Below are positions 1-12,687 of a stretch of 64,000 nucleotides of DNA, one piece after another. This DNA is from Eledone cirrhosa (lineage: Eukaryota), in contig OZ024744.1 of NCBI GenBank assembly GCA_964016885.1, positions 74,710,001 to 74,774,000 of the forward strand, in the 5' to 3' direction. Numbering within the stretch: the first letter of the stretch is position 1; every line of letters starts with the position of its first letter. The notes beneath the pieces are model-generated. The model was given only the letters and a program-made list of their open reading frames with translations. It made no database searches and was not told where the DNA came from. The position numbers and the translations under genes are program-made.

Positions 1-10
1 TTTGATACCC

Positions 11-61
11 AGATTCCTGATGATTTCTAAAGAATGAAAGAGTTCTAGCCCTGTAGAATCT
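11..61 (+). ncRNA. Type I hammerhead ribozyme (PLE terminal-repeat family shared with 37358/39710)
   Basis: AGATTC-CTGATGA-tTTCtaaaGAAt-GAAA-GAG..CTG-TA-GAATCT. Stem I is 6 bp; the first stem III pair is mutated (CAG in the other copies). Confidence 0.8.
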
Positions 62-71
62 CATCTATATT

Positions 72-74
<3 letters not shown>

Positions 75-160
<86 letters not shown>

Positions 161-342
161 TTACATATGTATATGTATATATATAATATATATATATATA
201 AATATATATATACATATGTATATATATATATATACTTACATATGCATATGTATATATAAATATTATATATATATATACTTACATATGCATATGTATATAT
301 ATATATTATATATATATACTTACATATGCATTTGTATATATA

Positions 343-425
<83 letters not shown>
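75..425. repeat. (TA)n microsatellite, representative of dozens in the window
   Basis: Direct reading of the sequence; source of the YIYIYI ORFs. Confidence 0.99.
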
Positions 426-426
<1 letters not shown>

Positions 427-437
427 GAATAAAGTTG

Positions 438-538
438 GTCCTTCATCAGTGATCTTCCAACCATCCTCGGTATTTCTTCGCTTTAAAGATTATATACCTC
501 CGATTGGTTCGAGCAACGGCTAAAGAAATCGTTGGGAC
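438..538 (-). ncRNA. Candidate permuted/pseudoknotted hammerhead-like RNA (family B)
   Basis: Minus strand: GTCC-hairpin-ctcgaa-CCAATC-gga-GGTAT-A-TAATCT-ttaaagcgaa-GAAATACC-gaggat-GGTTGG-a-AGATCA-CTGATGA-a-GGAC. Aligns with 60163-60263 with compensatory changes. Confidence 0.6.
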
Positions 539-784
539 ACGTAAATAAAGGGAACAGCTAGAGTGTAAACAAACAAAGATGGTGAAGCAACGAAAAGGGA
601 GGAAGAACGAGTCAAGTCCTAAATTTCTATGAATATAAGTTCGGTGAAATCGTGAACGAGAGGGAATAAAGACCATCAAACCTGGTTGAAATGTGAGCAA
701 GGAAGGAATTCCGCAATATATATATATATAAACAGGTAAAAGGATGATTAACACGGATAAGTGATATAATAGGCTTTTATTCCA

Positions 785-924
785 AGCATTAACATATGTT
801 TCATCGCTTAATATGCAATCAATTATGTCTTGAAATCGTTATCGTCAATAGTTGATTGGTTATTGTCAAATTAGATTCTAAATACACGAACCAATGCAGT
901 CTCAAGGCGAATTATCAAAATACT
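785..924 (-). ncRNA. Type I hammerhead, U3-A8 core variant, about 109-nt domain II
   Basis: AGTATT-TTGATAA-tTCGC...GCGAt-GAAA-CATATG-TT-AATGCT, then AATAAA. Stem III is palindromic. Confidence 0.7.
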
Positions 925-1303
925 GATCATGGAATCAGCCACTCAATGTTTTTATACCAAATAGCATACACATTAAAAAGAAAAAGAAAATACAATGAGA
1001 GAAAATTGTATATTTCAGGGCTAATAAAAGATTGGAATAATACTTGCGTAAAAACAAAGAAGGGCAGGAAAGCTTTAAAAGGTATATAAAACATGAAAAA
1101 AAAAAATATGGAGCAAGTTAGCAGGTTTTAGATGGGTGTGACTAGAGGTGGTCGGCTTCACCTACAGCTGATTGTTTAACTGTTCCCATACATGGGAGAC
1201 GCTAGCAACACAAATTCAGAAGAATTAATAATACACACTCTAAAGCCTCCTACTACAGTTTCATAGCGTAAGACCAATATCAAACATCTTAACTAACTAA
1301 GGC

Positions 1304-1377
<74 letters not shown>

Positions 1378-1600
1378 CATGGTGCGGACGATATTTGTTC
1401 ACAAGATTGCTGTCTAGGAAGAAGTAACACAGTAGTTTTATTTTTTAAGATATATTTATCAAACTTAGGTCAGTTTGTCTTCATGAGTTGTTCTTTCGAT
1501 TTCACTCGATAAACCCGCCATTGGCTTTGATGACAGCCTCAAGGCGGCCTCGGAACCGGCTACAGGCCTTCGTCAATGTCCCCCGACTTAGGCCCAAACA
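1378..1600 (-). mobile_element. Tc1/mariner transposon 3' end remnant
   Basis: Minus strand about 1588-1505 translates RGTLTKACSRFRGRLEAVIKANGGFIE*, a typical Tc1/mariner transposase C-terminus. The end abuts (TA)n. Confidence 0.75.
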
Positions 1601-1649
1601 TTTGCATAAAATTAGCAGTTGAAAATTGCAAAACAAATATCGTCCTCAT

Positions 1650-1855
1650 ATCTTTTCCTGAGTCCTGTATTTTCGTTGCTCTGGTGATGCGGCTGGACTG
1701 CCGATCGCTATATTTGATTTGGTAAACTGTCTAAACATATTGTTATTACTCTGGGGTACTTTTCCCCATCCGAATGCTAAAGCTACATACCGAATTTGCA
1801 TTCGTTAGCTTGGCCGCGATCTAAAGCTTCGTTAATGCTGTACTAAAATTTGTAT
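1650..1855. repeat. About 200-bp structured dispersed repeat (copies at 17242-17425 and 17865-18066)
   Basis: Three similar copies with nested stems TGCGGCT/GGCCGC, TGGGG/CCCCA and CGAATGC/GCATTCG. Confidence 0.85.
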
Positions 1856-1861
1856 ATATAT

Positions 1862-2608
1862 ATTTAAATGGAAAAGAATGAAACGAAATTTCATTTCCCA
1901 CTCTTAGTACGGCTGATACTTAAATGTAATTATTATACGTATATACATATATGTATACAGACGTACAGTAGTATGTATATATATATACATACATGCACAC
2001 ATATATATATATATGTACGTATGGGTTTACCGAAAATTTATTATAATGTTTGGTTTGTTTGTTTGTACTGCGTAATTCGGGCTGTTTGTTTGTTTGTAAA
2101 CAAACAAACATCCCGAATTACGCCGTACTGTGTTCAGGCAAAAATCGTCGCCCCTTTGTCAACACTGACACAGGAACGATGTACTAGTTTCAAGCTTATT
2201 AGCTATCGTCAGCATCGTATACCTTCCTGCTAGATGATTGAACGTCTGAAAGTATATACTTTCCTTATGCATATTAACGACTGAGCAGCCTAATTTGCAT
2301 ATCGATTGAGTTAGTCGGCCTGGCGCACCGAAAATGATAAATGGAAAAGAATGAAACGAAATTTCATTTCCCACTCTTAGTACGGCTGATATTTAAATGT
2401 AAGTATGAATGTATACGTACATACATATATGTATACAGACGTACAGTAGTATATATATACATACATGCACACATATATATATGTGCGTATGGGTTTACCG
2501 AACAAACAAAGAGCCCGAACTACGCCGTACAGTGTTCAGGCAACCATCGTCGCCCCTTTGTTCAACACTGACACAGGAACGATGTACTAGTTTCAAGCTT
2601 ATTAGCTA
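1862..2608 (-). mobile_element. Non-coding HHR-bearing unit in partial tandem (about 470 bp; retrozyme/PLE-terminus-like)
   Basis: Unit start AAATGGAAAAGAATGAAACG occurs at about 1866 and 2339. Same family at 56510-57360. Confidence 0.75.
2176..2218 (-). ncRNA. Minimal type I hammerhead
   Basis: ACGATG-CTGACGA-tAGCTaataAGCTt-GAAA-CTAG-TA-CATCGT. Perfect 6-bp stem I and palindromic CTAG stem III. A truncated second copy lies at 2579-2608. Confidence 0.9.
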
Positions 2609-2626
2609 TTATATATATTTATACAC

Positions 2627-2676
<50 letters not shown>

Positions 2677-3267
2677 TTATATAAATGTATAAATATTTCG
2701 TATCTCCAAAGAAATACGGTTTTAGAAAGCCGTAGCTATGCAAACACCGGGGGGCTAACGCCCTCTGGTGATGTCCAGCAGGAGCAAGGGGGACAATCTA
2801 TCTATCTCTTTCTCACTCTCACTCTCTCTCTATTATTCAAAATGTTAGTATTTGAGTGAATCAACGTTTACCAGGACAAATCCAGCATACGAAAGCTTAT
2901 ACTCCAACAAATCTATATCATTCTGGTTAGATCATCAATGCGGATAAACATGGTTTTTTTTAAACAAATGAACGAAAACGAGGAATGAAAAAAATTGCTT
3001 GAAATGAAAATAATAATAATAAATGCCTTTCTATTATAATCTTATAAAGGACATAGGATGGAAATATAAAAACAGAATCGGATTAAGAAGCATATCTTCC
3101 TTGTCTTGTATGACCGATAACACTGGTTAATATAACACTAAAGATATCTAACGTCAGTTAAACGCATGCACATCCTAAACTAGATATAGTCACCTATTGT
3201 TCTCTCTTTTTCTCTTATTCTCTCTTTCATTTAATACTTAACTATATCTCCTGCTTCTCTCTCTCTA

Positions 3268-3323
<56 letters not shown>

Positions 3324-3397
3324 TACGTTGCTTACGTTGTTTACATATTTTCCGGTTGAATGACAAAGGTTGAACAGCGGAAAAAAATCTAACGGCT

Positions 3398-3470
3398 GGC
3401 GCTGTAGTGTAATGGTTAGTACAACAAAACGGCATATTCTAGGAAAAGGTTCGAGTCCTACGGGTGGCAC
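3398..3470 (+). mobile_element. tRNA-derived SINE head or tRNA pseudogene
   Basis: A box TAGTGTAATGG and B box GGTTCGAGTCC at tRNA spacing; the anticodon arm does not fold. Confidence 0.6.
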
Positions 3471-3924
3471 TGTACGATGTTTTTCCTGCTACCGAGGACT
3501 CTATGCCTAAATTAGAATATGTTTTATAGTAAAAAAAACGTTGAAGCTATTAAAAGTTGATGTACACACACACACATACATTTACCCACATACACATATT
3601 TACATGCATACACACACACACTCTCATACACACACACACATATATACCGACGTTTCTAGGGAATTTTAAAACAGATTTATTCCGGAGAGAGATAGACAGA
3701 GTGTGTGAAAGAGATATAGAGAGAAAAGCAAGCCCCGGCCCTAGACTGGCACTTTTTTTACGCCTTTTGTTTTATTTTTATTGTTCAAAAATACACACAA
3801 AAATGAATATGCATATATATATAATATATATATATAATATATATATATATAATATATATAATATATATATATTATATATATATAATATATATATAATATA
3901 TTTATATAATATATATATATATAT

Positions 3925-3964
<40 letters not shown>

Positions 3965-4047
3965 AATAGATATACGTGTATGTTAGTTCATTGTTTTACG
4001 GTCGTTTCAGGCCTACCAGTATAAAAAACATCCATCCATCCATCAAT

Positions 4048-4151
<104 letters not shown>

Positions 4152-4398
4152 GTGACTTTATGTATATATGTATATATATATGTGACTTTATGTATATGTA
4201 AATCTTTATATTTAATAATCTCCCGTTGAGATGCAATTGGGCGATATTGGGCTGCGCTTTCTAGCAACCAGCTAACCCGCCGTAAGCAACTAATCACATT
4301 CTTTCTAACTTGACCATTGCCACGTCACGATTCTTAGCCATTTTTGAATCTATTTCTTGGCGTGATCGCTTTGGAAAATTAACTGTCCAACTGAGTTT

Positions 4399-4478
4399 GT
4401 CTCCTGAAGAGTCTGTTACTCTTGGTTCATCCTTAACTGTAGGATATCTAAAAATACAGACGAAACGATGGTAAAGAT
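4399..4478 (+). ncRNA. Type I hammerhead with 51-nt domain II (unit 1)
   Basis: GTCTC-CTGAAGA-GTCTGT...ACAGAC-GAAA-CGATGG-TA-AAGAT. Confidence 0.8.
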
Positions 4479-5055
4479 GTAATTACGGTATGTACACGTT
4501 TCTTCTAAGTTTAAATTTACACCTAATTGTGTATGGTTGACGGTATATTTAGTCAGTTTCTACATGCTGTTGAAATGTTGCGTAAATACTATATTAGGGT
4601 CACCGCGAAGAGGCCGCTTTCGGTTATTTATCAAACATTTCTTCATAGGAGCCTTTATTCTTATAGCCTGGTCTAATTGATTTTTTTATATGGTTAATTA
4701 TGCTAATTGGGAGAAGAAATGGTATATATTTTATCTAATAATTCTAAGGATATGATTTATGATATATTGCTCTGATTATTTAATTTGTTAATTCTTCATT
4801 GAGCCACAACGTGACCGGTTGCCACATATATATCTGTGACTTTATGTATATGTAAATCTTTATATTTAAAATCTCCCGTTGGGTTGAGATTCAATTGGGC
4901 GATATTGGGCTGCGCTTTCTAGCAACAAGCCTACCCGCCGTAAGCAACTAATCACATTCTTTCTAACTTGACCACTGCCACGTCACGATTCTTAGCCATT
5001 TTTGAATCTATTTTTGGCGCGATCGCTTTGGAAAATTAACTGTCCGACTGAGTTT

Positions 5056-5135
5056 GTCTCCTGAAGAGTCTGTTACTCTAGGTTCATCCTTAACAGTAGG
5101 ATATCTAAAAATACGAACGAAACCATGTTAGAGAT
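5056..5135 (+). ncRNA. Type I hammerhead (unit 2)
   Basis: GTCTC-CTGAAGA-GTCTGT...ACGAAC-GAAA-CCATGT-TA-GAGAT. Confidence 0.75.
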
Positions 5136-5712
5136 GTAATTACGGTATGTACACGTTTCTTCTAAGTTTAAATTTACACCTAATTGTGTATGGTTGACGA
5201 TATATTTAGTCAGTTTCTACATGCTGTTGAAATGTTGCGTAAATACTATATTAGGGTCACCGCGAAGAGGCCGCTTTCGGTTATTTATCAAACATTTCTT
5301 CATAGGAGCCTTTATTCTTATAGCCTGGTCTAATTGATTTTTTTATATGGTTAATTATGCTAATTGGGAGAAGAAATGGTATATATTTTATCTAATAATT
5401 CTAAGGATATGATTTATGATATATTGCTCTGATTATTTAATTTGTTAATTCTTCATTGAGCCACAACGTGACCGGTTGCCACATATATATCTGTGACTTT
5501 ATGTATATGTAAATCTTTATATTTAAAATCTCCCGTTGGGTTGAGATTCAATTGGGCGATATTGGGCTGCGCTTTCTAGCAACAAGCCTACTCGCCGTAA
5601 GCAACTAATCACATTCTTTCTAACTTGACCACTGCCACGTCACGATTCTTAGCCATTTTTGAATTTATTTTTGGCGCGATCGCTTTGGAAAATTAACTGT
5701 CCGACTGAGTTT

Positions 5713-5792
5713 GTCTCCCGAAGAGTCTGTTACTCTAGGTTCATCCTTAACAGTAGGATATCTAAAAATACGAACGAAACCATGGTAGAGAT
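5713..5792 (+). ncRNA. Type I hammerhead (unit 3; U4C change)
   Basis: GTCTC-CCGAAGA-...-GAAA-CCATGG-TA-GAGAT; palindromic stem III. Confidence 0.7.
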
Positions 5793-8194
5793 GTAATTAC
5801 GGTATGTACACGTTTCTTCTAAGTTTAAATTTACACCTAATTGTGTATGGTTGACGATATATTTAGTCAGTTTCTACATGCTGTTGAAATGTTGGGTAAA
5901 TACTCTATTGGGGTCACCGCGAAGAGGCCGCTTTCGGTTATTTATCAAACATTTCTTCATAGGAGCCTTCATTCTTATAGCCTAGTCTAATTGATTTTTT
6001 TATATGGTTAATTATGCTAATTGGGAGAGGAAATGGTATGTATTTTATCTAATAATTCTAAGGACACGATTTATAATATATATATATATATATACAATTT
6101 GTATGCACTTCATATTCTTTCAACTCTTCGAAATTTCAAACTTTGCTTACGATTTGTGTTAACATTTAAAAGGTGTTTGATTCAAATTCAAATTATTTAG
6201 GCGGTGATAGCTGAATGGTTAGAACAATGCATGTGCCGGCTTCGCGAGAAATGCGCATATTTACAGCTTGTGGGAAGGCAGACGCAATATTCAGTGTATT
6301 TGTTCGAATAGATTATAACATAGTTACATGTTCTGGAGAGGGAAACCTCATATGCAATATATTCTTTAATATCGATGAACATGTTGACGTTAGCGTGAAG
6401 AAATTCTGCGATCTTTACAGTCATTTTGAAGACAGACGGTGTAACCAGTTTCAATTTCAAAATCAAAATAGCGTTTAGTTCCATATTTGTCCACTGTAAC
6501 CGGCTCTCTCTCTACTAGTACTATGGTGACCACATACAGAATGAAAAGTGGTGTGTGACGGACTACTGAAATACTAATTACTTCCACACTGTCCTTGAAG
6601 TTAATATCTACCTCACATCATATACCTGTCACCAGCTGGATCCAATTTGGATCTTAATTTTATCCATAATAAAAATGAATATAAAAATATTATTTTTAGT
6701 TATGTATTGAATAAAATATATATCTAATTTAGGCGTACATAATTTTCCTTATTATTTTGCGGCTAGCATATTTCTCCAATAGTAGAGTATTGTTTAGGAA
6801 ATAACATTTGGATGAAAAGTTTATAAGTCTAATGAAATATCTAAAAGCAAATTCAAACCTGTGATGTATAATCGTTCTGCATTAGCTTGCTAGCATTGCA
6901 CGTGATTGTACCAAATACATCAAATTAAAGTTAAAAGCAGTTATTAGAAGATTAACGTGAACTTACAATTGCAAGGAAACATGCACCTATAAATGCATAC
7001 ACATAATTGCAAAAGATTTAAGAGAAATTTAGCTAAAGTGTAAAAATTCGCCAGCTCCGTTAATTCAATGCTATTAGTTGTCAAATAATGGTAATTTCAC
7101 CACCGTACGTGCTTTTAACTGTATGAACTCTAGTAACAACCATTTCCACGGAAACTGCCGCGTCAATATTTCAGTATACTGTTCCAAACATACGTTCAAT
7201 ATATAAACGATGGTGAATGAATTTATGCCAAGTTACTACTCATATACAGACAATCATTTGTCAAGTGAAACAGAAGATTTGTGACAAATCTAACCAGGTA
7301 AATTTAACATTTAGAGAATCTTATGACAACACTTTAACATATTCTGGTCCGGCGTTTGTTTAAAGGTATGCTAAATACATTAATAAGCTTAATCGCACAG
7401 TACTAATAATGTATCAATGCAACAACTGCGGTAGGTTGAGACCAGACATTCCTGCAAGGAAATTTGAATGAAGAACAATTTTAATGCTTACGTTCTTACG
7501 AAACTACATCCGCCGTTACGTTTTGAATTGCAACGAAATCTTTCTCACACACTTAAAAACACGTTCTCTTTCTCTTTACCGTTATTAAATTTTTCACATT
7601 AACGATAATTCCTCTGGTTTTAATTTTACCTTTCTTTTCCCACTTCCCATTATTTTGTGCATTCGCTTTTCCTTTCTTTCTCTCCTTGTATCATTGCCAT
7701 ACAAACTGTTAACACCTTTTTTTAGGAATAAATGGAATGCTAAAAGCCTTTTAAACCCACGATATATGTAACTCCCTCTCTCCCTCTCCCCCTCCGTTGT
7801 TTCTCACACATTTTATTAACTCTCTGTTTCTCACTCTCTTACTCTCTATCGTTTTCTTGTGTTATATTTTATTCTTAGACTCTATGGATGAATTGGATTC
7901 TGAAAATGTTTAATAATAAATATATTTTTCTTTCTCTCCTATGTTTTTTACTCTTTCTTGATTTCGTCAGGATTCATTTTGTTTGTTTGTTTATTTCATA
8001 CTCTTTAATATTAAAATATCTTTTATAGTAATCAAATCAACTTCAAATAATTATTTTACTCATGCATTTATGTGTTATCTTATTTTTATTTATGCCACTT
8101 TAACTAAACAAGCAGCACACAAAAGGGAGCTTACATATCCATAATAAAAATATTAATGTTCTTCTTATATATATATATATATAATATATATATT

Positions 8195-8285
<91 letters not shown>

Positions 8286-8356
8286 ATATATTTATAATAT
8301 ATATATATAAAATATATATATATATAATATATATATATACAATATATATATATATG

Positions 8357-8394
<38 letters not shown>

Positions 8395-8459
8395 TATATA
8401 CATAATATATATATATATATATATTTATAAAAAACATTTTCCCTAATTGCTAGACCTTG

Positions 8460-8514
<55 letters not shown>

Positions 8515-8516
<2 letters not shown>

Positions 8517-8985
8517 AGCTGTGGCACGCCGCTGTTGTTCTTCCTCTCAACCACATCATCTTCCGTATTCCCAATCCTTGCTCCCAAATACAGGAAGTCC
8601 TCAACCAATTCCAGCGGCTTCCCCTGCTACATTAGTGATCCCCTCTGGCTTCTCAACATTCTCTACCAGATATCTTGTTTTAGTCTCATTCATTCTCAGC
8701 CCCACACTCATCGACACAGTCTCAACCTCCCGCATCAAATCCTCTGCCTCCTTCACTGTATTTGTCACCAAAACTATGTCGTCGGCAAATTCAGCATCCG
8801 ATACCTTTTTCGCCCTAACTCTCCTGCTCTGAGCCGGTGCTACAGTAAAGCCAGTGTCCTGGTGTTTCTCCAGTGCAAGGTGCATACAATAGTCCACTAC
8901 GATGACAAAAAGATAGGGAGCTAATGTATCTCCCTGGAGCACTCCAGCCAGTATCTCAAAGAACTCTGTCATCCCATCAGGTGTA
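8515..8985 (-). pseudogene. RTE-type LINE reverse transcriptase fragment (inverted 5' part)
   Basis: GVLQGDTLAPYLF and FADDIVL motifs in ORF 8601..9089. Confidence 0.9.
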
Positions 8986-9465
8986 ATGTCGGACCTTCGT
9001 AGATACCTGAAAATCCGCCTCTTCATTGCTGTAGTGGAGTCTGTGCTGCTGTATGGGTCTGAGACTTGGACACTGACCAAGAAACTCACTCAGATGGTGG
9101 ATGGGTGCTACACGAGAATGCTGAGGATGGCTCTGAACATTAATCAGTATACACTGAGGATGAAAAACTCAGAGCTGTATGGGAGCATCCCAAAAGTCAG
9201 CTCAAATGTGACACAGAGGAGACTGAGGTTGGCTGGACATGCTCACCGACATCCAGAGTTGACATTGCACTCAGTGCTCCTTTGGGAGCCCCTACATGGA
9301 CACACTAGAAGAGGAAGACCAAGGTTAACGTATGTTGATGCCCTAAGGACAGACACTGGTCTGTTGGAGATGCAGGACATGGCAGCGATAATGAGGGACA
9401 GAGACCGCTGGAGAGATCTCGTCCATGGATCTCGGGAATTTTACCCGCCTTAGATAGATAGATAT
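8986..9465 (+). pseudogene. RTE-type LINE 3' end (C-terminal region and (AGAT)n tail)
   Basis: VESVLLYGSETWTLT...RRLRLAGH...GRPRLTY...DRDRWR; the stop codon is followed by tagatagatagat. Confidence 0.9.
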
Positions 9466-9559
9466 ATGTGTGTGTGTGTGTGTGTGTCTGTGTGTGTCTG
9501 TGTGTGTGTCTGTGTGTGTCTGTGTGTCTCCGTGTGTGCATGTGTGTGTGTGTATGTAT

Positions 9560-9600
<41 letters not shown>

Positions 9601-10244
9601 AAGAAAATTAATATTTTATTATGGATATGTAAGCTCAGGACCGGAACCTTCCTCAAGCAATATGGATAATAACATCGCATTTTTTATTTGTTTGGCTCCC
9701 ATTACAGGGCCCGTGAAATGGCGGCAGGATAGATGTCAGCCTACACACATAAATTCGTCAGGCCATAGCAGCAGCATACTGAAGCTGACTTGCCAGCTGA
9801 CTTGCCAGCTGACCCCTTAACACCACCACCACTACCAACACAATGGATGAGGTCAGCTGTACTTAAACATTGTGACAAAAACAACTATAACATGCTGACT
9901 TACCTCAGAAGAATTTCTATAGACTTTTGACTGAGGAATGTTCTCACAACTGACCAATGGGATACGAGCGTGTCCTATAACGCTGAAATTCGTTTGTTCT
10001 AGCACATATGATTCCAGTTCCACAGAGGAATAACAACACACCCAGGAGCTGGACATATCGATGTATTTATGGAGTAAAACACACTTCAACATGTGTACCT
10101 GTCTTTTCCATACCAATTCAGACTGCCTGAAGAGTTCACAGACAATGATGGCTGTCACCGAAATATATATAGCAGTAATTTTTAATTTATAATAAACGAA
10201 GCCAAATTTTACATATTTGACTTAATTATTTTATATATATATAT

Positions 10245-10590
10245 AGGGCGGGTACATTTCCCGAGATCCATGGACGAGTTCTCTCCAGCGGTCTCTGTCC
10301 CTCATTATCGCTGCCATGTCCTGCGTCTCCAACATATGTTAACCTCAGTCTTCCTCTGTGCTACTCTCGAGCTGACTTTTGGGAGGCTCCTGTACAGCTC
10401 CGACGTCCTCATCCTCAGTGTATACAGATTAATGATCAGAGCCATCTTCAGCATTCTCCTGTAGCACCCATCCACCATTTTAAATGAGTTTCTTGGTCAA
10501 TGTCCAAGTCTCAGATCTGTACAACAGCACATACACTACTACAGCAACGAAGAAACGGATCTTCAGGTCTTTACGAAGATCCGATTCCCA
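10245..10590 (-). mobile_element. Second, internally deleted copy of the same RTE 3' end
   Basis: Reverse complement matches 8990-9450 (e.g. CCAGCGGTCTCTGTCCCTCATTATCGCTGCCATGTCC). Confidence 0.85.
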
Positions 10591-10639
10591 CAGCGATCTC
10601 AGGCATACATACATACACAAACACATATTTTTCCTCCCT

Positions 10640-11400
10640 TACCTCCTCTTATATTTAAAATCAGTTACTCTTGCTGCCAATCAATGAAGTCTAAAATCAC
10701 TAATTCTAATCGTACGAGAATAAATCCAGGATGCAGTTGCAGGAAGCCGGATGAATGCCCATTACAGGGCAAATGTAACACCAAATCCGTTGTATATGAG
10801 GCCAAAGTGACACCTTTTGTTAATAACCAGCCAGCCAGGAGTGAACGATAAGTTGGCATGACTCAGGGCAGGTTCAAAACCAGGTTTTATGCACATGTCG
10901 CTTCTTTTAAACACTCTGCTAAAAGAACAGCAACGGCTCTAGCAAATAAGGTGTGGGAATTCAAGGATAAAAACATCCCGTACTCTATCGATTTTTCTAT
11001 TTTAGACCATTCGAGGGAATACCAAAGGGGCACAAAGAATTGTTCTTTGTGTACCACTGAAAAATTTAGGATTCTACAAAACTTGAAAGCCACTTCAACT
11101 TGCCTGAACTCTAAGACCGAGATCTTCAGATGTTGTCCTCTCCTGAAATCACATCAGATATGTAACTGGATTGACATTCCTACGATGACTGAACCACATT
11201 GAACTTCTTCTCTGCTCTCTACGCCTTACATCCACTACGATTTTATTACTTTCTGAACTCACTTTCTGTACTCTTATATTCTTTTTCTCCCTTACCTCCC
11301 CTTATATTTAAACTTTTTCCTATGTCATTTATTTTCCTTATTCCCCCTTACTTTCTAGCTTACCCTTTACATACCCACCTTTTTTATCTATAGATGTTTA
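10640..11400 (+). pseudogene. Penelope-like element GIY-YIG endonuclease fragment (family of 44894/46571)
   Basis: CSCRKPDECPLQGKC..VY..(stop)VGMTQGRFKTRF..H..CSLC; near-identical to 47150-47668. Confidence 0.9.
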
Positions 11401-11512
11401 TTTCTGTGTGTATATATGTGTTGTGTATATGTGTATATATGTTTATATATGTATATGTATATGTATATGTATGTCTGTATATAGTTGTATTTTATATAAT
11501 TCCGTATGTATA

Positions 11513-11571
<59 letters not shown>

Positions 11572-11810
11572 TTATATGTGTGTGTGTATTTTTATTAAGG
11601 TGTTGACGTAACCTTTTGTAGATATATGTGTGTGTGTGTGTATTTTTATATATATGTATATGTTTGTATGTGTATATATATATAATTGCCTCAGAGACGG
11701 CTTGAGCTCTGCCGTCGGATTCATACTTTTTCCTATATGTATATATACATATATATATGTATACGTATGTGTATGTGTGTATATATGTGTGTATTTGTAT
11801 GTTTTTTGTC

Positions 11811-11849
<39 letters not shown>

Positions 11850-12063
11850 GTGTGTATGTATATGCATAATTACATACAGAGTGATTTAATGTTTATTTTC
11901 ATTGATTATTTGCTCCAGGAACTTGTTGAGTGCTCTATATCAGCTATAAACATTTATACATTTATCTATTTATTTATTTATTATTTTTCGTATTCCCAAC
12001 TATTTGTTTACCCCTTTCACCTTTTTATTTTTATATATATATATAATATATATGTATTTTCTT

Positions 12064-12095
<32 letters not shown>

Positions 12096-12164
12096 TTTTT
12101 TTAAAGAGTTAAACAAGGGTCAATGAATACATCAAAGAATGAGTTTTACACACTTACATGTGTC

Positions 12165-12195
<31 letters not shown>

Positions 12196-12543
12196 ATATG
12201 TATGTATATATATATGTTGTATGTGTATATATATATATATGTATATGTATGTGTATATGTGTGTGTATGTGTATATTTGTGTGCATGTATTTATTTATAT
12301 GTATGTGTAATTGTGTGTATTGCTTACCACGTGTGTTTATTCATTTATTTGTTTCCTGTATCGCTGTGAACTTTATAATAATTTTTACATTCATTTTAAT
12401 TTTTATGTGACGGCCTATATGGTCGTCTATTGTTTTTTATTTTTATTATAATATTTTTTCTTATAATTAATTGTGCGTATGTAGGTGTGTTTATATGTGT
12501 GTATGTGTGTGTGTGTATGTACGTGTGTATATATGTATGATGA

Positions 12544-12620
<77 letters not shown>

Positions 12621-12687
12621 AAGGTTTAGCAAATAATGAAAAAGTTTCAAAATAAATTTTAAAAAATTGACTTTACCTACTATAGTT

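Noticed and set aside
3398-3470. Functional tRNA gene
   Set aside because: A and B boxes are present, but the anticodon and acceptor stems do not fold; treated as a SINE head.
3990-4030. Half hammerheads GAAA-CGACCG-TA (minus strand), similarly near 14690 and 20055
   Set aside because: The CUGANGA half is absent, so at most these are truncated remnants.
6100-7700. Higher-complexity stretch with short ORFs, a possible exon or old transposon
   Set aside because: No recognisable protein motif or convincing splice structure by eye; needs a tBLASTx/HMM search.
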